From contig RDEW01000018.1 of assembly GCA_011109175.1 (NCBI GenBank), positions 493,304 through 557,303 of the forward strand: 64,000 nucleotides of DNA, given 5' to 3'. This document shows, piece after piece, positions 1-11,760 of the stretch (its first letter is position 1; the number at the start of each line of letters is the position of its first letter). The DNA comes from Dicyema japonicum (lineage: Eukaryota > Animalia > Dicyemida). Position numbers and translations under genes: made by a program. Under the pieces are notes generated by a model, which ran no database searches, was not told the origin of the DNA, and was given only the letters and a program-made list of their open reading frames with translations.

Positions 1-1116
1 TTTTCATCGTCCTGGGCTTCTTCTATCGGTTCACTGACATGTGGTGGTGCATTGTTCAATTTGTTAAAGTATTCCTGCCTCAGTTTGTCGTATTCTGAGA
101 CACTTTTGATTGCTGACACACAAAGAGTCAACCCGAATGATGTGAACTAGTCGCCTGAAAGCTTTGATAAAGATATTCAGATTCAGTCGCTTCAGTAATC
201 AAATTAAAAAAAAGCCCACATGGTTTGGGGGAGAATTTGGGGAAAGCGACAGTAAAACTGTACCCCGTATTTATGGTTAAATTGTCCACGCTAGAATTCA
301 TGTTTTTCTCAAGGCAACTGTTAACATCGTTGGAAAAATTGGGACGGAATTTTTCCTGGGTTAAAAATTTCAAAATCGTCAACATTTTTGTGTTTTGTGT
401 TGATTATTTCGCTGGTTTTGAAGGTTCGTTCATTTTTACACAGAATATCCCCATTTTGGCTGAATAAATTATAGTTTATCTTAAAATATTCAGTGTTTTT
501 GACATTTTCCTGTCTTTTGGTGGCCACATTGGAGAATTTATTGTCTTTTATTCGTTTATTCAGGCTTTGACAGTTTCTATATGTTTTGCGCCTTGTGTGG
601 CTCCTGAAATCCTCGCTCTGAATCACGGAAAAAATATTCTTGAAGTTATCAATTTCTACAAATAAATGAGAGGCAATACTGTTTGCTGTCAGAATGTTGA
701 GACCTTCCGAGGGGAATGTCCGCAAAAACGTTTCGTTTTCTTGTCTGCGTCTTTGAGAAAACGACCGGGTCACTCTGGCCGTAGAATTTGAGAATTTCAT
801 CTTTTTTCTTAGAATTACTAATTTGTGGAATTTTGAAGGCATTTTTTCAATTATTTCAACCTCATGGTTGTGATTTTGAGAAATTTTAGAAAAATCTGTA
901 TTCTTCAGTTGGTTTTTTGGCCTTTTATACCTTCCAAATTCTTGGTTTCATAAATTATAACCTCGAGATATGTCAGGCAGTGGAGTTGTTTTTGTTGTTT
1001 TTGGAATTAATTTCATTTTTCTACTAAAGTATTTCTAAAATTTATATAATATTAATTACTTCTTGAACTCTTCTTTCCTTATAGATGCCAGTTGTTCTTG
1101 TTTTAATCCAATTCAT
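1..1116 (-). CDS. REDIC1: REDIC1/C12orf40 (HEIP1)-like meiotic crossover factor, 5' part (runs off the window)
   Basis: ATG at 1116, spliced across GT-AG introns of 25 nt (1035-1059), 21, 28 and 20 nt, reads MNWIKTRTTGIYKERRVQEKYFSRKMK. This fits the recalled N-terminal motif MNW..G.R...I.QERRKQKEYFEK of REDIC1; the rest is low-complexity. Confidence 0.55.
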
Positions 1117-1329
1117 GTAATTTAACCAACAATAACTTTATCAATTTTAACTTTTTTCCCTCCAATATTTTTTTTTAATAATAAATGTTTATTTAAATTT
1201 TATTGAAATTTATTATTTTAAATGTTTATTTATTAAAAACAAACAAAAATCCGAATAACTAAACAATTTATAGGGTTTCTTGACCAATAGTGTCACTTTC
1301 CCGAATTCTCTTGGTGGTAAAAGTAAAAC

Positions 1330-2700
1330 AATGCTACGTGTTGGGTAGACGAGGATGCAACTATTATTTCAAATTAATTAGTTGGAAATATTCAAGGAAG
1401 GTTATCCATAACCGTTGGCAAAATCGTATAAATATGGAGTGCACACTTAAGTGTCAACACTTAATCAACTGGGAAAACACTTAAGTGTTGTATGTTTCAT
1501 CTGAACTTATTTCACAACTGTAAAGATAGGTTGAAGTGGTGACGTGCTTCTGTTTTTCCCCGGAAAAAAATATGTCTTTATCATGCTTAGATTCAAACTC
1601 TTTGTTCCCTAACGCCACATACAACGTTCGAGGCCTCTCATTTCTATTCAAGAAGGAACAACTATCTGAAGATCTGTCACGTTACAAAATCAACATCTGC
1701 TGCTTACAAGAGACAAAGAATGCCTTCGGATACGAAGGAACCTTTGGAAACTACCGGATTATCTTTCCCACCAGACAGTCGTCAACAGCAGAAGGAAATA
1801 CGTTCGAAACTGGAAGTTCAAATTCGAATAAAAGTGCATCAAAGAGAAAACGTAATCAAATATCACATTTGATAAGAAAACGATCGAATGACCTCTGGCA
1901 CAAATATTTGGACGACAAGGCGACTGAAATTGAAAACTGTCAGGATGGAAGACGAATGTGAGCCAGGATGGTGAGGATGATGGCTGTAAAGCATGGCTCA
2001 AGCGAAACCCTTTTAGGGCTACACGAAATTGCTTGTAACTAACTAACTGAAAAAATAAAGGGATTTTTCAAAATCTTGGATATTTTAATCGCTCTAGTGA
2101 AAAGAGCAACTAATAACTCTCATATTGTAAAACAAACACATCAATAAGCGGACCTCCACCATCAAATCCATAAATCTTGTTTCGCGTGGTTTTTCGTGGC
2201 TTTATTCTTTGTCAACAAACATAGATTTGATTTTGTTTCTCTGAAAATGCTTACAAAAAGAATCTTTGATAAGATATTAACCCAACATCTTGGAATGACT
2301 CTCTAACTTCTTAAGTGGAATGGACAAGCAATCTACAATAACATGAAATCGTAGACATTTTCCTGTTTAATGGAGTTTCCAAAAATTATTCATTTTCGTC
2401 GGCATTCTTGTAAAAGGCACAAAAACATCGAACCAAACGATATACGTCAAATATTCTTAAGTCAAGGACACTCGCTAGATATGGAAAGTCATCAATGACC
2501 ATTTCCCGTTCTTCCTTGAATAAGCCTCACTCTCTTGGTTCAGATTAATGGCCATGTTTTTACCAGAGTCATAATTTCCAACAACTTATTAGACACAGGA
2601 ACAAATTCTCTTTGGGAAGTTTTGATTGCACATCTGTGCTCAACAAGTGTACTCTCTAGTGTCTTCTGAAGCGCGTAATTTTGGTGGGTAATCATGCCGG
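1330..2700 (-). pseudogene. Retinoblastoma (pocket protein) family relic, pocket A and B remnants, interrupted by a mini-LINE
   Basis: Collinear motifs: KLPKENLFLCLISC/LEIMTL, FPYLASVLDLRIFDVYRLVRCF (cf. RB1 [22 protein letters not shown]), MDLMV..RLLMCLFYNMRV (cf. p107 ELMMDRHLDQLLMCAIYVMAKV), FCQRLWITFLEY (cf. FMQRLKTNILQY). Stops and frameshifts are shared by both copies. Confidence 0.55.
1529..2044 (+). mobile_element. ~0.5 kb internally deleted RTE-type LINE (5' end, APE start, linker, ORF C-terminus, (TAAC)n tail)
   Basis: ATYNVRGL...CCLQETK APE motifs; linker aligns with 57370-57540; DGRRM*ARMV resembles the RTE C-terminal D...W motif; TAACTAACT tail; flanks AACTGTAAAGATA (1516-1528) and AACTGAAAAAATA (2045-2057). 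Confidence 0.85.
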
Positions 2701-3519
2701 ACTGAAGCTGACGCTTGTATCGTGCTTAGTTGTGGTTTCAATTTCCATACCGTCATTTTCTTGGTATAAGGATTCCTTTCAGCCCTCTTCAATTTGCCTT
2801 TTCCCTCTCTTAGGAATTTCAAAATACGAAACTCGGACTCTTTGACCACTCATCCCGACCTATCCATATTCTTTCTTAATGGGATTTGTCTAGTTTATGC
2901 TCCAGCTCAATTTGAGGGACATATAAATGTTCCCAGCAATCGCCGTTGGGCGCTTGAAACCCTCCCCTCTCCAAAAGTGAAGTTTGAATAAATAAGTTAC
3001 CCTCATTAATGAAAAATGTCAAATCAATAAGAAATTATTTATTTTTTTACAGCGAAAACATTATGTTTTGGGTGCATCCACTCATTAATTGCTTCACGTA
3101 TCGACTTTTCATTCTGACTGTCCAAATTCCGACACTGCTAAACGGAGAAAACTGAAAAAATAATTGGTTGTTGGAGACAGTCTCAACTTTGTCCCAATCT
3201 TATTCGAAACCTCTAGAACGTTAGGGAGAATAAGTAAGGATGCTGTAAACTAATTAGGAAATGCAATCATGACTCAGAGACCCTTGCGAATGGAATGGTT
3301 TTCTTCTTTAGAGACTCTTCTTTATGATTGCCTTTAGGACGTTCCACTTTATTATTATCATTGAACCAGAAAACCACCATCATAACCAAAATAAATTTCA
3401 AGTGATCCCGGCCTCAAAATTCAGGTGACTTTTTTTAATAACAATTAATTTATAAAATTTACAAAATATTATTGAATAACAATTAACCTCTGAATTATCA
3501 ATTAATTTCCTCGGGATAT

Positions 3520-3790
3520 TCTGGTAAACCTGGCTTGTCTTCGCTGCGGTCACCATGTGGGTCTCAACGTCAACCTGTACAAGACCGGGCAGGTTAAAGT
3601 CTCCACTCTGCCCTTCGTGTAACCTTGATGACCACGGGACATATCATTTTTTCTTGTGTCCTGAACCGCCTTCTATGTCTTCCTTTCACACGTGATCAAC
3701 CTTTTGGATCTCTGGGAAAGTCCGTCATTGATAGTTACATTTGTGTTAGCCATCGGTTTCCTTCACTTAAAGGGACCGGGGATAAATAAA
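3520..3790 (+). mobile_element. 3' fragment of a LINE with C-terminal CCHC finger (also 22660-22925)
   Basis: RLRCGH.VGLN.NLYK.G.VKSPLCPSCNLDDHWTDHFFLCP across frames, followed by an (ATAA)n tail. Confidence 0.7.
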
Positions 3791-3802
3791 TAAATTATCA
3801 AT

Positions 3803-6435
3803 ATTTTATTTAACAAACAATAAAAAAGTTAATATATTTAATCAACAACCTTCCTCGCCTGCCTGTTCGCCAGCCTCCTCAGGCAGGTTCGATTCTGGTT
3901 GCTGAAACAACTCCGAGAGCGCTTTGTCTAATTGATCATCACCATCATCAACACCATACTTAGCAGACAAAAAAAATCTGATAGTGCCTAGGTGGGTTGC
4001 CCGTGTTTTCTCGGTCGTTATTATGGCATGTTTCCTAGCAGACACACTTGACCCAGCTATCAGGGTGTCGTGCATTCGCATTAGGATGCGCTCACTTAGT
4101 TGGACTACTCCACACAGTCCACGGCCGAATTTATCACGGGGTAAATATAGTCTCTCCTTATTGGCTGCCAACACATGGACATGGTTCTCTCTGAGTACTC
4201 CACGGATCATAACATCCATCTCATCATACTCTTTGGGCTCAAACTCCACAACACCTATGTAGTAGTTTAGCAGCGAGACAGCATACTCATTTAATGCTAG
4301 GAACAAATTCCTTGCATTTAGAGACGTCTTACACAATAACGCTGCTCTTTTACGGATGCCTTCAGTAATTTGTCGCTTTGTCTCAGGCATTATAAGGGAC
4401 TTTGGAGATTCGGTAACACCCAGATACTTATATCCTTCGTGTTCCTCTAGGACTCTTACTAACTCGCTACATACTTGCGTGTTAGTCGCAGACTTTGAAT
4501 AATTCAAATCTAGCCCTATACTCTCAAAGAATTCCCTGGCACAGACCCCCATGGAGTAGAGCTCCTCGGCTGTTCGAGCATACATCTTCAGTCATCGATA
4601 AAAAGAAGGTGATTTGTACTGAAACAGACCCCTTCACAATGAACTGGTATTTGCTCAAACCGGTCATTGAGGCGGCGACTCAATGGCTCCAAACAGAGAA
4701 CAAAGAGTAGCGGAGACATGCTATCCCCCTGAAGGATCCCCCTCTTGAGTTTTACCTCGCCTATCCGGTGCCTATTATAGTTCAGATGAATACTCCACCT
4801 ATTCATCACAGCCACTACAAAGCTGATGAACCACACAGGCATACACAGACTGTGTAGGCACTCGACAAGGTAAGAATGATCAACTGAATCGTAAGCCTTC
4901 TTCACATCCACCCACATAGACAAAAGTGAGTTTCCGTGAGACACAGAAAGGCATTTGTTGATCAAAGCCTGCTCTTTTGCCCCCTGACAATTTCGCACAG
5001 TTCCCAACTGATTCTCGGAGAGAATCCCATTTGCGTCTACAAAGCTCCTGACCTCATTAGCCACCAATTTGGTCATCAGCTTATACAGGGTTGGCATGCA
5101 GGTTATCGGTCGATAATCTGCAGCAGACTGGGGGTTGTCCAGCTTTGGGATCAAATAAGTTGTCCCTGTGCATGCCCAATCAGGAATCGTTTCCGGGTTA
5201 GTGATGCTTTTCTGTAATACACGACACATAGACTCGTGTAATGAAGTGCATCTTTTGATAAAGAAATTATAAACTTTATCGACCCCGGTCGTCTTCCAAT
5301 CAGGGAGATGTCTCACTACCGCCTCAAATTTCTTGCGAAAATCGAAAATTCCGCAAGATTCCGCCAAGAAAGGAGCGGCGCTGTACGGGACATTCCACGC
5401 ATTTCCTCTGCGTGGTTTAGCCTCCCACATACTACCCCATGTGGAAAGCATTTCCGCGTCCTGCTGGGAACATACACTATGGCCATTTTCGTGTAGGCGA
5501 CGGTAAAACAATCTGCGATTAAACTCAAACAGATTATTTTCTCTCCTTCTCTTACACCGACTTTCATGTGTATAGAGTTTCCTCTTATACACCATTATTG
5601 CCCCCTCTAACTCCACCTTTGCCCTCCTCAACTCTTTGAGGTCCCATTTGGGAACACGGAGTTTACTAATTAGCCCCTTTACTATAGCCGGTGCTTTTCC
5701 TCTAACCCCTCTCGCCACACTACTTATGTGCCCCTCCAGTGCTTCCAGCTCAGTCTGTCTCCAAGCAATCTTGGCACAGATCTGCTCCCTCCATTTACTG
5801 GGTGGTCTGGGCTTGTCCGTCAATTCCTCATAGGTGATCTGTGCTGCATACAGCACTAGGGAGATGTCACCCAATGACCCTACTGGCTTAGCCTCCACCG
5901 CATAAGCCACAGCCTTATTGATGCAGGTTAACACTCCACCGTTAACCTTACAATGAGGAATCTTGCGGGTAAATCTACGGTCCTCAAGTGGGACATCTGC
6001 CGCTGCAGCGAGATTCCGCGCAAAGACCTCATAAACATGCTTGAGCTGCAACGTATCACAGCTCTGGTGCTCGTGCTCTCTTTGACAGTTGTGGTCACCT
6101 GGTCCCCGCCCCTTTAGACCAGTACCCTCTTTGCCTACAGCCATCTTCTTGAGTTCACTCACAGATATAGCAGTACTGAATCTGCCACTGCAGAGCTCCG
6201 CCAAGTATGGCCATCCATTCCAGGGCATTCGAGATAGCCTGCTACGTACCTGCAGGACTACCTGCCTCGCCCATTCTTTTGGGTCATCTGCCACAACGCT
6301 CTCGGATATGGCAAGAATTACATTCATACCATCAGGTAACGCAAGTGACTTTTCTCCTTTTTTCCTTTCAACATTTTTGCCAACTCGATAGAGTTTTAAC
6401 GCCACCGAATCGAACGCACGTTGCATGTTTTTTTT
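3803..6435 (-). mobile_element. R4/Dong-like non-LTR retrotransposon, element A: RT present, zinc knuckle and RLE endonuclease deleted
   Basis: ATG at 6426; RT motifs ADYRPITC, KAYDSV, ILQGDSMSP, FIDD, YKYLG, ERLYLPR..GRGL. After KYGVDD the sequence jumps to QLDKALSELF, skipping ~820 bp present in element B. One frameshift at ~4586. Confidence 0.92.
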
Positions 6436-6565
6436 CTTCTGGTTCAATAATAATAATAAAAATAATAAATGCTATAAATTTTTAACCCATAATCAATTAA
6501 TTAACATAAACTCGTTTGATTAACTGTCATATTAATGAACAATAAATCAATAAATAACAAATCGA

Positions 6566-6700
6566 TGATGTATGCTCTGGAGTTCAAAGACGAATTCAAA
6601 ATTTGGAATGATCGACTGTTCTGTTCCCTATGCAATAAAATAGTTGATTCGTCAACGAAATTAAAAAAGTGCTACATCAAAGGATAAATTTAGAAGATAT
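6566..6700 (+). mobile_element. CGGBP1-like/BED-type transposase N-terminal fragment (also ~25690-25825)
   Basis: MMYALEFKDEFKIWNDRLFCSLCNKIVDSSTK resembles the CxxC start of this finger family. Confidence 0.4.
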
Positions 6701-6704
6701 CGTT

Positions 6705-6912
6705 CCAGAGTTATCGGATGTCCTCTATTGTATATGGAAAATATCGATTGATATGTCTACCCAGTGATTCAATACTCTTTGGAGTTGGATTCGCTATCCA
6801 TTCAAGAATGGCATCCAACATTCTCCATATTTGGCGTGTGAGTGAAAAGATTGGCGTAATTCAAATACGACTTAAGAGTCACAGGCCCTCCAAAGTCTCA
6901 CGAGATCAATAG
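6705..6912 (+). mobile_element. APE endonuclease fragment of an RTE-type LINE (also 25828-26037)
   Basis: YGKYRLICLPSDS..FGVGFAIH...IWRVSEKIGVIQI aligns with 56680-56830 and with the mini-LINE. Confidence 0.75.
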
Positions 6913-8398
6913 AAATGACCCTTTCCTGAAAATAGCATTTTTTTTGCAAAATTGCTCTACTCTTGGCAGTCGTATGCGCCACATTGTGGGAGAGTGGCGA
7001 AAGATCTGTCTAAACTGAATGACTTTTATTAGCGCTATCGAAGACACTGTGACGTTCCTCAATTTGCACTTATATCTGATTCACGCTTGGATGGCTATAA
7101 TGTGCAAATTATTCTCATCCTCAAAGCCAAAGTTCTCAACGACCAGCCGAATAGGCTTGTCAAGACTTGACTATGTAAGGAAGATCAATATGTAGCCTTC
7201 AAGAGACGAAAGTCAAAGACGGCCTTGATGAATAAGATTACAAACTAATTTTACTTATTGTTGACCGTAGACACTATGGACAAAGGTTCGCGGTTCACAA
7301 GGAGTTAATGGGCTATACTGTTTCTGGATAATCGATGATCAATTACGCAAAAGATCTCGTTGATTAATGTCTATTGTCAACGTAGAGTGGTCGTGTTTTG
7401 AAGGATCCGGAAAAACTTGACGTATTCTAAAAAGTTCTTCCCCGGACTGTTGCGTGCTTGGATTATTCTACTCTTCTTTTCATTGTGGGTGATTGAAACG
7501 CCAAAGTGTAACTCCAAGGATTGAGGGATTCTTGGATAAGTTCTACACTCCAAGTTAATTTAGGATCAAACCACGTATGTTTCCTGTAGGAAGAGATAAC
7601 AGTAGTGTTCAACAGGCCAAAGAGGCAATGTGCATCAATAATGTTAAATTGAAATTTATTGAACCAAAAAAACATCGTCACTAAAAGTAAAATTTTGACT
7701 AATTTATAATAATTTAATAGTTATTTTTAAAAAATTGTTTTTACAATATGGCGAACCTTTTAATACATTTGTATATCAATTAACGTGCAGTCACGTTCTT
7801 GTGGTTGGTTGTGTGGTTTTCTATTTTATTGTATTTTCTGTCGTATTATCATACATTTTATTCAATATTATATATATTATTGAATTCATCATATAGTGTT
7901 GAACCCTGTTATCGAAATGTCTATTATATATATATTTTTTTGGTAAACCTATAAATATGGATTGCTCCCCACTATTTGATTTTTTCTGTATTTACTGTGA
8001 TCAGTTTTTTCTTTTTTTACCTTATTTGTGAAAAATTTTATATTTTTAATGGAAGAAATAATATTTTTATGACTATATCGAAATTTTATTGAAATTTTTA
8101 ATGAAGAACACTGCTACCCATTACATGGTTGTTAAATGTCAATCGTCAACACATTCATCAATAATATAGTTAACTATCATAGAAACATAATTGTTATATT
8201 TACACACATGCGGCACATAAATCGATTTTTCGGCAATCGATGTTATCACAAAATCAAAGGATATTGATCTTGTGAAAGTCTGATTGAATCATTCTACTAT
8301 TTGGTATATTGATTCTCTGATTATTGAAATTCGATTTTATTCATAGCTCCGTGTGAGATCATATGAAGGAATCTGGCTTGGGATTAATTTTCGGTTTT

Positions 8399-8700
8399 TT
8401 ATTCTTCTAAATTATATAAGGATGAAAATTCTATTGACTCTTTATCCTCGCCGGCGAGATTTATTAACGATTCTATCTTTTCCTCATTGTATTTTATCTC
8501 CAGATTGACGTTGTACAAAATCTCAAAAGGACGCTGTCTTGTTGTGTGGTGTGATCTATTATAATCCCGAACAATGTCTTTTATGAAGTCAATATAACTT
8601 CCAAAATTTCCAACCATCTTTTCGGATGCATTCACCAGTTTTCGAAAACTGTATTTCTCTCTATTATTAGTTCCCTGTCTCGATATTCTACTGTTAATTG
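8399..8700 (-). mobile_element. DDE integrase C-terminal fragment, Ginger/KRBA2- or Polinton-like (also 27521-27820)
   Basis: YIDFIKDIVRDYNRSHHTTRQRPFEIL matches the W...L..IV..YN..H...PF integrase tail. Confidence 0.65.
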
Positions 8701-9093
8701 TTAAACTTTGTTTTTCTTTACCCTCTACACCCGTAAAAATATAGAAAGGTATTTTTTTCGTTGATGAATGAATTGTATTACAGTAATCTAAGACAATCTC
8801 TCTTATTTTAAATACGGTATTCTTTCATATGGGCCAAGCGATACCTATGGGCTGCCAGTTACATTAATCTTGAACCAAGATCAACATGAATTAATTATAT
8901 AAATGATTTATTAACAACAAAAAATTAAATTTAAGTAACTTTTTCAGTCGATAATTCTCCTTTCGAATTATTTATCTATCAAATTAAACTATTTAAAACT
9001 ACTTCCACGCGATTATTCGATAAAATATTAATTATACTCAAACTTATCCAGTCGCAATGAGGGAGTTGTTCTAAAGTCCTTTTTAACCCGAAC

Positions 9094-9520
9094 CTATTTG
9101 TCAATGTTTTTAATTGATACTTTATCTCCCATGTTAAAAGTATATTTACTATTATGAACATTCATTTTCCTGTTCATATCTTTGTAATAATTCGCTAGAA
9201 TATGAAGAATTTTGTTTGAAAATGAATGGACCGATATGTTATAACTGTAGACAGCACTTTCTAATTTATCAAGCCACTTTTTTTCACTGTTATCCATCAT
9301 TTTTGACAACTTCCTTTGATCGTCTGATTAAAACTTTCGACAATTCCTTATGCAGTTGATTGTTAGGCCTTCCGTGAATTTGCTTAATGTTAAAATGATT
9401 ATTTGTCTGAGATTTACGTGCTTTAAATTCAACATTGTAAACTTATCATCCTCAAAAGATAGGGTAAAATCCATCAAATTATTTAAATAATTGGAATTGA
9501 ACGATTTAATAACTCCCATA
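9094..9520 (-). mobile_element. Second DDE integrase fragment (also 28217-28642)
   Basis: RKLSKMMDNSEKKWLDKLESAVYSYNISVH. Confidence 0.7.
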
Positions 9521-9686
9521 TCTAAAGTTGAATTAATGATGTTGCATTTTTTGGCAGAAAAAATAGATCGATGTTAGAAAAATGATTATTCTTGTGACAA
9601 CTCGCATTATCCTGTAAAAGGACACCTTTTCTGTTGTGTTGAATCATTTCTTCGTTGACACTGTTCAACCAAGTAATAAATAGATG

Positions 9687-10110
9687 TCATCCAACAATTT
9701 TTAGAAAATGAATATAAACGCCGTGCTCTTCAGGGTTATAATTTTTCATACAACGTGGGGGTTTATATTTTCCTATCAATAATGGCTTCAATTTTTCGAC
9801 ACAAGCACTGACCGACAAAAGCATAGTAACTTTTTCTTTACTCCTTTTAATTTCAAAACAATCTTCATCTGAAGTTACAAATGATTTTGATGTTATTCTT
9901 TTAATGTACAATCCCGTTTCAAATTGTGTCTTTTCTTAAATTTTTCAAGCCAACCATTTGATTGTTCTTACCCAAGGATCTCACATGTTGTCCTGGTCGT
10001 CGGCATTTTTAGATTTTTTGATATTTCTTTTGACCAGGTCTTTTTGTATAATTATTGTCAGTGTTGTTCTTGGTCTTCCACTTCTTGACTAACATTGTAT
10101 GTTCCCACGT
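9687..10110 (-). mobile_element. pogo/Tigger transposase fragment, preceded by a Tc1-like HTH fragment (also 28810-29235)
   Basis: SNGWLEKFKKRHNL (CENP-B HTH) and KEKVTMLLSVSACGEKLKPLLIGKYKPPRC (DDE_1); upstream LVKKWK...RPG. Confidence 0.8.
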
Positions 10111-10299
10111 TTAAATAAATTAAATTATTAACCCCGGCTTAGCCAGCAAGTGGGAAGCCGGCGACCATCAGAGAGCGTGCAGTTCGGACAGGCCGCTCCC
10201 AGAAATCCTCGACTTTTGCATCCGGTGGTCCAGGGCAGGGAAAAAGGTCCCGAACTACTCTGCCAGCCATGTTCCGACGTTTGTTCAATTCTGTTCGTA

Positions 10300-10500
10300 G
10301 ATCAACTAGATGTCGATGTATTCATAAGTTGTGCACTACATTGAGACAGGAATTAAGAAATGACTTTATTCTTGCACGATCCATAAAAAAATCTTTAAGA
10401 AGGTAAAGTTGTCTATCTTCACGAACTGGATTTTCGCCATGATTTCCTTTTTTAAAAACCTTGTCACGTACTTTTAAAGTTTTTTCATCTTTTCTCCACG
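10300..10500 (-). mobile_element. Integrase zinc-binding (H2C2) fragment, ~140 bp direct repeat of 11600-11745
   Basis: Nucleotide match to 11600-11745 (caactagatgtcgatgtattcataagttgt...). Confidence 0.6.
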
Positions 10501-10929
10501 TTCTTTTTTTCAATCATCTTTTGTGCTGCTACTTGCGTATATATTCGTACCTCCTGCCTTGCTTCATCGACTTCATAGACGAAAAATTCGACAAATCCTC
10601 TGGAGTTGCTTCCTATGGTTATTTACATCTCATAATTATGAAAAATGGCATTTGTTTCATTGTTTCGTGTATCGAATTGTTGTAATCAAAAACAATTTTT
10701 GAAATGAAGAACATTACTCCCAAGCTCTTTACTTGAAGCTTAGTCCTTAAACATGTCGGTTGTGTCGGATGACCAAAAAGAGTTAGAGCAGAGCTTTTCA
10801 AAAAATAATTCTCGCGGCACATTAATCGTAAAAAAATAATTCACGGCACACATTAAAAAATAAAAAATTAAATTTTTAAGATGTGTAAAAAAACTAAGTA
10901 CAAAAATTGGTAATTTAATGCCCAAATTT

Positions 10930-11400
10930 TTATTAATAGAAAAATGAAATCTTAATTATAATTGTTTTTGCATATATTCTCCGACAAAGATATCTTCATT
11001 ATTTTTTGTTCATATTTATGACTAAACATAATCCGTGCAATAATACGACAACCAGGGATTATCAAGTTTTCGCCAATAGTGTGAGGTTTTAGTTGTTTTG
11101 TTATCAATCCTGATATCAGGTATGAACATTTCAATGATTCCTTTGTGTTTACTAAAGTTTCACTGAACATCATTTGACTAGATCTACGATTCATAGTAAA
11201 AACTAAATAATAGTTGTGTTGTTTTTTCAAATGGATAAAATAATCCACAGATTTTTCGGAATAGTCCGGATGCTTGGATGTAAAATGTCTGTAAAGTTTG
11301 CTAAGAACCAGCATCATATGCCAAGACTTCCATGCAAATTAGACATTGAGGTAGTTTATTTTATCGTTGCATATAAATCCAAATGACAAATAAGAATCTT
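10930..11400 (-). mobile_element. Buster/ZBED5-type hAT transposase fragment (also 30055-30520)
   Basis: SKLYRHFTSKHP...YF and SYLISGLITKQLKPHTIGENLIIP...ISLSEN. Confidence 0.85.
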
Positions 11401-11599
11401 TATAAGAACGACGAACTGATTTTCCCATAACCACGTTGAAGCGCACGTTATTAAAAATTAATAAATAATGGTTAACCAATGTAAATGTCATTTAATATAT
11501 AAAAAATGATTATTTTAATTTTAGTAATTAATTTGTTTTGTCTTTTTAAATTAATTAGGTCAAAAAGTGTATATAAATTTATTCAATTTTGAACTGTTA

Positions 11600-11760
11600 G
11601 AACAACTAGATGTCGATGTATTCATAAGTTGTCTTGCACGACATTGAGGACAGGATTTAAGAACTGACATGACTTTATTCATGCACGATCCATAAAAAGA
11701 TCTTTAAGAAGTGAAAGTAGTCTATCTCGACCTGGATGTCCATTTTTTAAGGTGTATATT
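11600..11760 (-). mobile_element. Integrase zinc-binding (H2C2) fragment
   Basis: GHPGRDRLLSLLKD/FYGSCMNKVMSVLKSCPQC, with one frameshift. Confidence 0.65.

Noticed and set aside
321-842. ORF as RB pocket B (FKNIF..., NGDIL)
   Set aside because: Similarity is superficial; the ORF splices cleanly into the separate REDIC1-like gene.
2405-2420. U5 loop-I motif GCCTTTTAC on the minus strand
   Set aside because: No convincing flanking stem; it lies within the RB-like relic.
3803-6435. Higher GC of element A as evidence of horizontal transfer
   Set aside because: Spot counts show host exons such as CPEB can be similarly GC-rich; composition alone is not informative.
3984-6485. Numerous 60-190 aa antisense or alternative-frame ORFs over the retroelements
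   Set aside because: Shadow ORFs of GC-richer TE coding sequence, often with non-ATG starts and no motifs.
7463-7681. W.DPKL.W as a Cys-loop receptor ligand-binding fragment
   Set aside because: A single short motif; no Cys-loop or other support in any frame.
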